From Eledone cirrhosa (taxonomy: Eukaryota): 64,000 nt of DNA. A program made the position numbers and the translations under genes. Positions 22,551 through 35,175 of the stretch are shown here, in pieces (position 1 is the first letter of the stretch; every line of letters starts with the position of its first letter). The stretch is from the NCBI GenBank assembly GCA_964016885.1, contig OZ024740.1, positions 9,486,001-9,550,000 of the forward strand. The letters are read 5' to 3'. Below the pieces are notes generated by a model. The model did not search any database. It was not told the origin of the DNA and saw only the letters and a program-made list of their open reading frames with translations.

Positions 22551-25500
22551 TTGGTATGTCAGTTTATATTGGTATATCAGTTTCGATTGGTATATCAGTT
22601 TCGATTAGTATGTCAGCTTCTATTGGTATGTCAGTTTCGATTGGTATGTTATTCCTCGATTTGTATGTCAGTTTCTGTTGGTATATAAGTTTCGATTGTT
22701 ATGTCAATTTCGATTGGTATATCAGTTTCTATTGGTATATCAGTTTCGATTGGTATGTCAGTTTTGATTGGTATGTCAGTTTCTATTGGTATATCAGTTT
22801 CCATTGGTATATCAGTTTCGATTGTTATGTCAATTTCGATTGGTATGTCAGTTTCTATTGGTATATCAGTTTCCATTGGTATATCAGTTTAGATCGGTAT
22901 GTCAGTTTCTATTGGTATATCCGTTTCGATTAGTATGTTAGTTTCTATTGGTATGTCAGTTTCGATTAGTATATCAGTTTCTATTGGTATGTCAGTTTCG
23001 ATTGGTATGTTAGTTCTCGATTTGTATGTCAGTTTCTATTGGTATATCAGTTTCCATTGGTATATCAGTTTTGACTGGTATATCAGTTTCTATTGGTATA
23101 TTAGTTTCTATTGGTATGTCAGTTTCTATTCGTATCTCAGTTTCTATTGGTATATCAGTTTCGATTGGTATGTCAGTTTCGATTGGTATGTCAGTTTCGA
23201 TTGGTATATCAGTTTCGATTGTTATGTTAGTTTCTATTGGTATGTCAGTTTCTATTGGTATATCAGTTTCAATTGGTGTATCAGTTTCGATTGGTATGTC
23301 AGTTTCAATTTGTATCTCAGTTTCGATTGGTATGTCAGTTTTATTGTTATGTCAATTTCGATTGGTATATGAGTTTCGGTTGGTATGTCAGTTTCAATTG
23401 ATATGTGTAGTTTCTATTGGTATACGAGTTTCGATAGGTATGTCAGTTTCTATTGGTATGTCAGTTTCGATTAGTATATCAGTTTCTATTGGTATGTCAG
23501 TTTCGATTGGTATGTTAGTACTCGATTTGTATGTTAGTTTGTATTGGTATATTAGAATCGATTGGTATGTCAGTTTCGATTAGTATATCAGTTTCTATTT
23601 GTATGTCAGTGTCTATTGGTATATCAATTTCTATTGGTATATCAGTTTCGATTGATATGTCAGTTTCGATTGGTATCTCAGTTTCGATTAGTATATCAGT
23701 TTCGAATGGTATGTCAGTTTGGATTGGTATATCAGTTTCGAATAGTATATCAGTCTCGATTGGTATGTCAGCTTCGATTAGTATGATAGTCCTCGATTTG
23801 TATGTCAGTTTCAAATGGTATATCAGTTTCAACTGGTATATCAGTTTCTAATGGTATATCAGTTTCTATTGGTAAGTCAGTTTCTATTGGTATGTCAGTT
23901 TCGATTGGTATATCAGATTCGATTAATATGTCAGTTTCTATTTGTATATCAGTTTCCATTGGTATATCAGTTTCGACTGGTATATCAGTTTCTATTGGTA
24001 TATCAGTTTCAATTGGTATATCAGTTTCGATTAGTATGTCTGTTTATATTGGTATGTCAGTTTCGATTGGTATATCAGTTTCGATTGTTATGTCAATTTC
24101 GATTGGTATATCAGTTTCCATTGGTATATCAGTTTAGATTTGTATGTCAGTTTCTATTGGTATAAATGTTTCGATTAGTATCTCAGTTTCTATTTGTATC
24201 TCAGTTTCGATTAGTATGTCAGTTTCTATTGGTATAAATGTTTCGATTAGCATGTTAGTTTCTATTGGTATGTCAGTTTCGTTTATTATATCAGTTTCTA
24301 ATGGTATGTCAGTTTCGATTGGTATGTTAGTCCTCGATTTGTATGTCAGTTTCTATTGGTAAATCAGTTTCGATTGGTATGTCAGTTTCGATTAGTATGT
24401 CAGTTTCTATTGGTATGTCAGTTTCTATTGGTATATCAGTTTTGATTGGTATATAAGTTTCTATTGGTATGTCAGTTTTGATTGGTATGTCACTTTCGAT
24501 TGGTATATCAGTTTCGATTGTTATGTTAGTTTCTATTGGTATGTCAGTTTCTATTGGTATATCAGTTTCAATTGGTGTATCAGTTTCGATTGGTATGTCA
24601 ATTTCAATTTGTATATCAGTTTCGATTGGTATGTCAGTTCTATTGGTATGTCAATTTCGATTGGTATATCAGTTTAGGTTGGTATGTCAGTTTCGATTGG
24701 TATGTCAGTTTCTATTGGTATACGAGTTTCGATTGGTATATCAGTTTTGATTGGTATGTCAGTTTTGATTGGTATGTCAGATTCGATTGGTATATCAGTT
24801 ACTATTGATATGTCAGTTTAGATTGGGATGTCAGTTTCGATTGGTATTTCAGCTTCTATTGGTAAATCAGTTTCGATTGGTATGTCAGTTTCGATTAGTA
24901 TATCAGTTTCTACTGGTATGTGAGTTTCTATTGGTAAATCAGTTTCGATTGGTATAACAGTTTCGATTGGAAAGTCAGTTTTGATTGGTATGTAAATTTC
25001 GATTTGTATGTCAGTTTGGATTGGTATATCAGTTTCAATTGGTATGTCAGTTTCGATTGGTATATCAGTTTCCATTGATATATCAGTTTCGATTGGTATG
25101 TCAGTTTGTATTGGTATATCAGTTTCTATTGGTATGTCAGTTTCTATTGGTATATCAGTTTCGATTGGTATATCAGTTTCGATTGGCATGTCAGTTTCGA
25201 TTGGTAAGTCAGTTTCGATTGGTATAACAATTTCGATTGTTATATCAGTTTCTATTGGTATATCAGTTTCGATTCATATATCAGTTTTCGATTAGTATGT
25301 CAGTGTCTATTGGTATGTCAGTTTTGACTGGTACATTAGTCCTCGATTTGTATGTCAGTTTCTATTGGTATATCAGTATTGATTGGTATGTCAGTTTCGA
25401 TTAGTATATCAGTTTCATAAGGTATGTCAGTTTTGATTGTTATGTCAGTTTGGATTGGTATATCAGTTTCGATTAGTATGTCAGTTTCTATTGGTATATC

Positions 25501-28500
25501 GGTTTCCATTCGTATATTAGTTTCAATTGGTATGTCAGTTTCTATTGGTATATCAGTTTCTATTGGTATGTCATTTTCGATTGGTATATCAGTTTCGATT
25601 GATATATCAGTTTCGATTAGTATGTCCGTTTCTATTGGTATGTCAGTTTCGATTAGTATATCAGTTTTGATTGGTATGTCAGTTTGGATTGGTATATCAG
25701 TTTGGATTAGTATGTCAATTTCTATTGGTATATCGGTTAACATTGGTATATCAGTTTTGCTTGGTATGTCAGTTTCGATTGGTATGTCAATTTCTATTGA
25801 TATATCAGTTTAGATTGGTAGGTCAGTTTCTAGGGGTATGTCAGTTTCAATTAGTATATCAGTTTCTATTGGTATGTCAGTTTCGATTGGTATGTCAGTT
25901 TCTATTGGTATGTCAGTTTCAATTGGTATATCAGGTTTGAATGGTATGTCAGTGTCGATTGGTATGTCAGTTTGGATTGGTATATCAGTTTGGATTAGTA
26001 TGTCAATTTCTATTGGTATATCGGTTTCCATTGGTTAATCAGTTTTTATTGGTATGTCAGTTTCTATTGGTATGTCAGTTTCTATTGTTATGTGAGTTTC
26101 TATTTGTATATCAGTTTCGATTGATATATCAGTTTTGATTAGTATGGCAGTTTCTATTGGTATGTCAATTTCGATTAGTATATCAGTTTCTATTGCTATG
26201 TCAGTTTCTATTGGTATATCATTTTCGATTGGTATATCAGTTTCGATTGGTATGTCAGTTTGGATTGGTATATCAGTTTAGATTAGTATATCAGTCTCGA
26301 TTGGTATGTCAGTTTGGATTGGTATATCAGTTTAGATTAGTATATCAGTTTCGATTGGTATGTCAGTTTCGATTGGCATATCAGTTTTGATTTGTATGTC
26401 AGTTTCTATTAGTATATCAGTTTCCATTAGTATATCAGTTTCGATTAGAATGTCAGTTTCTATTGGTATGTCAGCTTCGATTAGTATGTTAGTCCTCGAT
26501 TTGTATGTCAGTTTCAAATGGTATATCAGTTTCGACTGGTATATCAGTTTCTATTGGTATATCAGTTTCTATTGGTATGTCAGTTTCGATTGGTATATCA
26601 GATTCGATTAATATGTCAGTTGCTATTGGTATATCAGTTTCCATTGGTATATCAGTTTCGACTGGTATATCAGTTTCTATTGGTATATCAGTTTCTATTG
26701 GTATGTCAGTTTCTATTGGTATGTCAGTTTATATTGGTATATCAGTTTCGATTGGTATATCAGTTTCGATTAGTATGTCAGCTTCTATTGGTATGTCAGT
26801 TTCGATTGGTATGTTATTCCTCGATTTGTATGTCAGTTTCTGTTGGTATATCAGTTTCGATTGTTATGTCAATTTCGATTGGTATATCAGTTTCTATTGG
26901 TATATCAGTTTCGATTGATATGTCAGTTTTGATTGGTATGTCAGTTTCTATTGGTATATCAATTTCGATTGGTATATCAGTTTCGATTGTTATGTCAATT
27001 TCGATTGGTATGTCAGTTTCTATTGGTATATCAGTTTCCATTGGTATATCAGTTTAGATCGGTATGTCAGTTTCTATTGTTATATCAGTTTCGATTAGTA
27101 TGTTAGTTTCTATTGGTATGTCAGTTTCGATTAGTATATCAGTTTCTATTGGTATGTCAGTTTCGATTGGTATGTTAGTTCTTGATTTGTATGTCAGTTT
27201 CTATTGGTATATCAGTTTCCATTGGTATATCAGTTTCGACTGGTATATCAGTTTCTATTGGTATATCAGTTTCTATTGGTATGTCAGTTTCTATTCGTAT
27301 GTCAGTTTCTATTGGTATATCAGTTTCGATTGGTATGTCAGTTTCGATTGGTATGTCAGTTTCGATTGGTATATCAGTTTCGATTGTTATGTTAGTTTCT
27401 ATTGGTATGTCAGTTTCTATTGGTATATCAGTTTCAATTGGTGTATCAGTTTCGATTGGTATGTCAGTTTCAATTTGCATCTCAGTTTCGATTGGTATGT
27501 CAGTTTTATTGTTATGTCAATTTCGATTGGTATATCAGTTTCGGTTGGTATGACAGTTTCAATTGATATGTGTAGTTTCTATTGGTATACGAGTTTCGAT
27601 TGGTATGTCAGTTTCTATTGGTATGTCAGTTTCGATTAGTATATCAGTTTCTATTGGTATGTCAGTTTCGATTGGTATGTTAGTACTCGATTTGTATGTT
27701 AGTTTGTATTGGTATATTAGAATCGATTGGTATGTCAGTTTCGATTAGTATATCAGTTTCTATTTGTATGTCAGTGTCTATTGGTATATCAGTTTCTATT
27801 GGTATATCAGTTTCGATTGATATGTCAGTTTCGATTGGTATCTCAGTTTCGATTAGTATATCAGTTTCGAATGGTATGTCAGTTTGGATTGGTATATCAG
27901 TTTCAAATAGTATATCAGTCTCGATTGGTATGTCAGCTTCGATTAGTATGTTAGTCCTCGATTTGTATGTCAGTTTCAAATGGTATATCAGTTTCAACTG
28001 GTATATCAGTTTCTAATGGTATCTCAGTTTCTATTGGTAAGTCAGTTTCTATTGGTATGTCAGTTTCGATTGGTATATCAGATTCGATTAATATGTCAGT
28101 TTCTATTTGTATATCAGTTTCCATTGGTATATCAGTTTCGACTGGTATATCAGTTTCTATTGGTATATCAGTTTCAATTGGTATATCAGTTTCGATTCGT
28201 ATGTCTGTTTATATTGGTATGTCAGTTTCGATTGGTATATCAGTTTCCATTGGTATATCAGTTTAGATTTGTATGTCAGTTTCTATTGGTATAAATGTTT
28301 CGATTAGTATGTCAGTTTCTATTTGTATCTCAGTTTCGATTAGTATGTCAGTTTCTATTGGTATAAATGTTTCGATTAGTATGTTAGTTTCTATTGGTAT
28401 GTCAGTTTCGTTTATTATATCAGTTTCTAATGGTATGTCAGTTTCTATTGGTATGTTAGTCCTCGATTTGTATGTCAGTTTCTATTGGTAAATCAGTTTC

Positions 28501-30090
28501 GATTGGTATGTCAGTTTCGATTGGTATGTCAGTTTCTATTGGTATGTCAGTTTCTATTGGTATATCAGTTTTGATTTGTATATAAGTTTCTATTGGTATG
28601 TCAGTTTTGATTGGTATGTCACTTTCGATTGGTATATTAGTTTCGATTGTTATGTTAGTTTCTATTGGTATGTCAGTTTCTATTGGTATATCAGTTTCAA
28701 TTGGTGTATCAGTTTCGATTGGTATGTCAATTTCAATTTGTATATCAGTTTCGATTGGTATGTCAGTTCTATTGGTATGTCAGTTTCGATTGGTATGTCA
28801 GTTTCTATTGGTATACGAGTTTCGAATGGTATATCAGTTTTGATTGGTATGTCAGTTTTGATTGGTATGTCAGATTCGATTGGTATATCAGTTACTATTG
28901 ATATGTCAGTTTCGATTGGGATGTCAGTTTCGATTGGTATGTCAGCTTCTATTGGTATATCAGTTTCGATTGGTATGTCAGTTTCGATTAGTATATCAGT
29001 TTCTACTCGTATGTGAGTTTCTATTGGTAAATCAGTTTCGATTGGTATAACAGTTTCGATTGGAAAGTCAGTTTTGATTGGTATGTAAATTTCGATTTGT
29101 ATGTCAGTTTGGATTGGTATATCAGTTTCAATTGGTATGTCAGTTTGTATTGGTATATCAGTTTCTATTGGTATGTCAGTTTCTATTGGTATATCAGTTT
29201 CGATTGGTATATCAGTTTCGATTGGTATGTCAGTTTCGATTGGTATGTCAGTTTCGATTGGTATAACAGTTTCGATTGTTATATCAGTTTCTATTGGCAT
29301 ATCAGTTTCGATTCATATATCAGTTTTCGATTAGTATGTCAGTTTCTATTGGTATGTCAGTTTTGACTGGTACATTAGTCCTCGATTTGTATGTCAGTTT
29401 CTATTGGTATATCAGTATTGATTGGTATGTCAGTTTCGATTAGTATATCAGTTTCATAAGGTATGTCAGTTTTGATTGTTATGTCAGTTTGGATTGGTAT
29501 ATCAGTTTCGATTAGTATGTAAGTTTCTATTGGTATATCGGTTTCCATTCGTATATTAGTTTCAATTGGTATGTCAGTTTCTATTGGTATATCAGTTTCT
29601 ATTGGTATGTCATTTTCGATTGGTATATCAGTTTCGATTGATATATCAGTTTCGATTAGTATGTCCGTTTCTATTGGTATGTCAGTTTCGATTAGTATAT
29701 CAGTTTTGATTGGTATGTCAGTTTGGATTAGTATGTCAATTTCTATTGGTATATCGGATTCCATTGGTTAATCAGTTTTTATTGGTATGTCAGTTTCTAT
29801 TGGTATGTCAGTTTCTATTGGTATGTGAGTTTCGATTGTTATGTGAGTTTCTATTGGTATGTCAGTTTCTATTGGTATATCAGTTTCTATTTGTATGTCA
29901 GTTTCGATTGGTATGTCAGTTTCAAATGGTATATCAGGTTTGAATGGTATGTCAGTGTCGATTGGTATGTCAGTTTGGATTGGTATATCAGTTTGGATTA
30001 GTATGTCAATTTCTATTGGTATATCGGTTTCCATTGGTTAATCAGTTTTTATTGGTATGTCAGTTTCTATTGGTATGTCAGTTTCTATTG
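22120..30090. repeat. ~4.0-4.2-kb higher-order duplication (ends approximate)
   Basis: Offsets 4183, 4165, 4129, 4093, 4039, 4003 between matching landmarks (22149/26332, 23515/27680, 24144/28273, 24769/28862, 25336/29375, 25941/29944). Confidence 0.85.
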
Positions 30091-32362
30091 GTATGTGAGT
30101 TTCGATTGTTATGTGAGTTTCTATTGGTATGTCAGTTTCTATTGGTATATCAGTTTCTATTTGTATGTCAGTTTCGATTGGTATGTCAGTTTCTATTGGT
30201 TTATTTGTTTCGATTGGTATGTTAGTTTCTATTGGTATATCAGTTTCGATTGGTATGTCAGTTTCGATTAGTATATCAGTTTCTATTGGTATGTCAGTTT
30301 CTATTGGTATATCATTTTCGATTGGTATATCAGTTTCGATTGGTATATCAGTTTCGATTGGTATGTCAGTTTCTATTGGTATATCAGTTTCTATTTGTAT
30401 GTCAGTTTCGATTGGTATGTCAGTTTCTATTGGTTTATTTGTTTCGATTGGTATGTTAGTTTCTATTGGTATATCAGTTTCGATTGGTATGTCAGTTTCG
30501 ATTAATATATCAGTTTCTATTGGTATGTCAGTTTCTATTGGTATGTCAGTTTCTATTGGTATGTCAGTTTCGACTGGTATGTTAGTTCTCGATTTGTATG
30601 TCAGTTTCTATTGGTATATCAGTTTCAATTGGTATGTCAGATTCGATTGGTATGTCAGTTTCTATTGGTATATCAGTTTCGATTGGTATGTCAGTTTCGA
30701 TTAGTATATCAGTTTCTATTGGTATGTCAGTTTCTATTGGTATGTCAGTTTCGATTGGTATGTCAGTTTCGATTGGTATATCAATTTCAATTCGTATGTC
30801 AGTTTCGATTGGTATATCAGCTTCTATTTGTATGTCAGTTTCGATTGGTATGTCAATTTCGCTTGGTATATCAGTTTCTATTGGTATATCAGTTTCTATT
30901 GGTAGGTCAGTTTATATTGGTATATCAGTTTCGATTGGTATGTCAGTTTTGATTAGCATATCAGTTTATATTTGAATGTCAGTTTCTATTGGTATATCAG
31001 TTTCGATTGGTATATCAGTTTCGATTGTTATGTCAATTTCGATTGGTATGTCAGTTTCTATTGGTATATCAGTTTCCATTGGTATATCAGTTTAGATTGG
31101 TATGTCAGTTTCTATTGGTATATCAGTTTCTATTTGTATCTCAGTTTCGATTTGTATGTCAGTTTCTATTGGTATATCAGTTTCTATTGGTATAGCAGTT
31201 TCGATTACTATGTTAGTTTCTATTGGTATATCAGTTTCTATTTGTATCTCAGTTTCGATTAGTATATCAGTTTCTATTGGTATGTCAGTTTCTATTGGTA
31301 TGTCAGTTTCGAATGGTATGTTAGTCCTCGATTTGTATGTCACTTTCTATTGGTATATCAGTTTCGATTGGTATGTCAGTTTCGATTGGTATGTCAGTTT
31401 CTATTGGTATTTCAGTTTCTATTGGTATGTCAGTTTCTATTGGTATGTCAGTTTCGATTGGTATATCAGATTTGATTAGTATGTCAAATTCTATTGGTAT
31501 ATCTGTTTCCATTGGTATATCAGTTTCGATTGGTATATCAGTTTCTATTGGTATATCAGTTTCTATTGGTATGTCAGTTTCTATTGGTATGTCAGTTTCT
31601 ATTGGTATATCAGTTTCTATTGGTATATCAGTTTCGATTGGTATGTCAGTTTCGATTTGTATGTCAGTTTCTGTTGGTATATCAGTTTCAATTGGTATGT
31701 CAGTTTTGATTAGCATATCAGTTTCTATTTGTATCTCTGTTTCTATTGGTATATCAGTTAGAATTGGTATATCAGTTTCGATTGTTATGTCAGTTTCGAT
31801 TGGTATGTCAGTTTCTATTGGTATATCAGTTTCCATTGGTATATCAGTTTAGATTGGTATCTCAGTTTCTATTGATATATCAGTTTCTGTTCGTATCTCA
31901 GTTTCGATTGGTATGTCAGTTTCTATTGGTATATCAGTTTTGATTATTATGTTAGTTTCTATTGGTATGTCAGTTTCGATTAGTATATCAGTTTCTATTG
32001 GTATGTCAGTTTCGATTGGTATGTTAGTCCTCGATTTGTATGTCAGTTTCTATTGGTATATCAGTTTCGATTGGTATGTCAGTTTCGATTGGTATGTCAG
32101 TTTCTATTCGTATATCAGTTTCTATTGTTATGTCAGTTTCTATTGGTATGTCAGTTTCTATTGGTATATCAGTTTCTATTGGTATATCAGTTTCGATTGG
32201 TATGTCAGTTTTGATCGGTATGTCAGTTTCAATTGGTATATTAGTTTCGATTGTTATGTTAGTTTCTATTGTTATGTCACTTTCTATTGGTATATCAGTT
32301 TCAATTGGTGTATCAGTTTCGATTGGTATGTCAGTTTCAATTTGTATATCAGTTTCGATTGT

Positions 32363-35175
32363 TTATATCCTTACCAGAAGACGTGACAGAGTGTCTGTTG
32401 TTAACACTAAATCCCTCCCCCATGAAGAATGCACCTCCCAACATAGACTGATAATTAGCGACCTCATAGTCAGGACGAGACGTACTCGACAACAGAAGAG
32501 GACTATCCTCAGGAGGAAAATATGGAAGCTAAAGGACCCCACAGCCAGGAATAAATTTCAAAGCATATTACTTGATGCTTTCGACAGTAAGGAAGAACAT
32601 TTAGAGTCGGACAATATAGAGGGAGAGTGGGAATTTCTGAAAGCAAACCTGCTGTTGGCGACAGACGAGGTCTGTGGCTGGAGCAGGCCTGTAGGCAGGA
32701 GGAGAGTAACATGGTGGTGGAACAGTAAGGTGGAGGGGTCAATTAAGGCCAAAAAGCAGGCTTGGAAAGTATGGCGGGATGGGGGAAGTAGAGAGGACTA
32801 TCAAGTGGCCAGGAGGGAAGCTAGGAGACAAGTGTACTTAGCAAGAAGGGAAGCTGAGGAAAGAAAGTTCAAGCATGTTCTACAACGCGATGACCAAAAA
32901 CGTGAGGTGTTCAGGATTGCTAGGCAATGCGTCAAGGAAAACCGTGATATTGTCGGGGAGAAGTGTGTACTAAACGACGATGGCACACTTGCCATCACCG
33001 ACGCTGATAAGAAGGTAGCTTGGAAGTGTCACTATGAAAGGCTTCTAAATGAGGAGAATAATTGGGAGAAAGGCAGTCTCCCCCATATCGACCCAATAGA
33101 GGGACCAGCAGTGTTAGTCGAGGGGAGTATAATAAGTAAGGCAATCAAGGATATGAAGACTGGTAAGGCGGCTGGGCCTTCGGAAATAGTTGCTGAGATG
33201 CTGAAGGCATCTGGCACGGTGGGACACACCATGGTCACCCGCATAGTTAACCAAGTCGTACAGAATGGGGTTGTTCCGAAGGACTGGCATAGCAGCATCA
33301 TCGTTAAATGTTATAAGGGTAAAGGAGACGCCCTAGATAGGAGTAACTATAGAGGCATTAAATTAATCGACCAGGTCATGAAGGTCACGGAAAGAGTAAT
33401 AGCGCAACTAATCAGAGAGAGAATTGACCTAGATGAAATGCAGTTCGGGTTTGTGTCAGGCAAAAGTACCACAGACGCTCTTTTCATAGTACGACAACTA
33501 CAGGAGAAGTACCTAGCTAAAGGTAAACCCCTCTACTTAGCTTTTGTCGACTTGGAGAAAGCCTTCGACAGAGTCCCCCGCTCCATTATCTGGTGGGCTC
33601 TTAGAAAACTAGGCGTTGACGAATGGCTTGTGAGGGCTATACAAGCCATGTATAAAGAAACAGTCAGCAAGGTTAGAATTAACAACGAATATAGTGAAGA
33701 GTTTAGCGTAAAAGTTGGCGTCCATCAGGGCTCTGTTCTCAGTCCACTACTATTTATTATTGCCCTTCAGGCTATAACAGAGGAGTTCAAGACAGGCTGC
33801 CCATGGGAACTCCTATACGCCGACGACCTGACACTCATAGCGGAATCAATGGCCGAGCTAGAGAAGAAATTCCAAACATGGAAGCACGGCCTAGAGTCAA
33901 AAGGACTTAAAATTAACCTGGCTAAGACCAAAGTACTAGTTTGTAGGAAAGAAAACAAGGCGGCGGTCCCTTCTGGGAAATGGTCGTGCTCGGTGTGTAG
34001 GAAAGGCGTAGGTAGAAACTCCATTTTATGTCCTAAATGCAAAGTATGGGTGCATAAAAGATGTAGTGGGATCACAGGTAAGCTAACTAAGAACATAGAT
34101 TTTACATGTGGCCGGTGCTCTGGTGCAATAAGTAGCAGCAAGTGCCCACAAACTACTAGCTCTTTCAATTGCGCAGAGGGTTCTATAGAAATAGTGGACA
34201 GCTTCCGTTACCTGGGCGATAAAATCAGCAGTGGGGGAGGGTGCTCTGAAAGTACTGTAGCTAGAGTCAGAACTGGTTGGAAAAAGTTCAGAGAGCTTAT
34301 ACCACTATTAGCTGCTAAAGGGTTCTCACTAAAAATGAAAGGCAGGTTGTACGATGCCTGCATACGAACATCAATGCTGCATGGCAGTGAGACCTGGGCA
34401 TTGTGTGCAGAGGATATACGCAGACTAGAGAGGAACGAAGCTTGCATGCTCCGCTGGATGTGTAACAGTAATATACGTGAACGGCAAAGCATAAACGAAC
34501 TAAGGAAAAAATTAGAGATAAGAGGGATCAGATGTTGTTTACTCGAGAGAAGGCTACGTTGGTATGGACACGTGATGCGCATGAAAGTCGATAGCTGTAT
34601 AACAAAGTGCAGGGCAATAAAGATAGACGGTAGTCACGGAATAGGCAGACCTAGAAAAACCTGGGACGAGCTGATAAACTCCGACATCACACACTTACAC
34701 CTCTCCAAGACAATGTTACTGGACCGAGACCTTTGGCGGTACTCAGTAACAGAGAAGACCCGCCTTACCTAAATATATAGTAAAACCTACTCCAGCCAGT
34801 AGGCATCTCTAACAAAATACACCCCGTCCCACCACCACCACCCCCACCCGATCCACACCACCCCGTTCTATGTAAAGTTATGTTGGTGCCGCGCCATCGA
34901 GGCCGAAACAAATGAGATCGTGTAGGTGTCACGACAAAAAAACACACAGTCCACGCTGTAATGTGGCCGTGTAGGCAACACGGTAAAAACCTCCCAGACC
35001 CACACTGTAAATGTGGTTGGTGTTAGGAAGGGCATCCAACTGTAGAAAACCTGCCAGACAGTCCTATGCGAGCAAGACAATCACTCTTGCCTCAAGTGGG
35101 ACTACCCCCGTCCAAACCCATGCAAGCGTGGAACACGGACGTTAAACGTTGATGATGATGATGATGATGATGATG
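32363..35175 (+). mobile_element. 5'-truncated RTE (copy 2)
   Basis: Colinear with copy 1 from 13959 (offset 18404; 18432 after a 28-bp indel at the ORF end). Ends in (GAT)8G at 35151-35175. Confidence 0.95.
32364..34772 (+). pseudogene. 5'-truncated RTE ORF: EN mostly missing, RT and PHD intact and stop-free
   Basis: Begins at YILTRR (end of EN), keeps YADD and the PHD, ends RLT*. The N-terminal ~108 aa of track ORF 32040-34772 is satellite translation. Confidence 0.85.

Larger units (their letters stand above)
16738..32362. repeat. 18-bp tandem satellite, block 2
   Basis: Same monomer and orientation as block 1. Confidence 0.98.
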
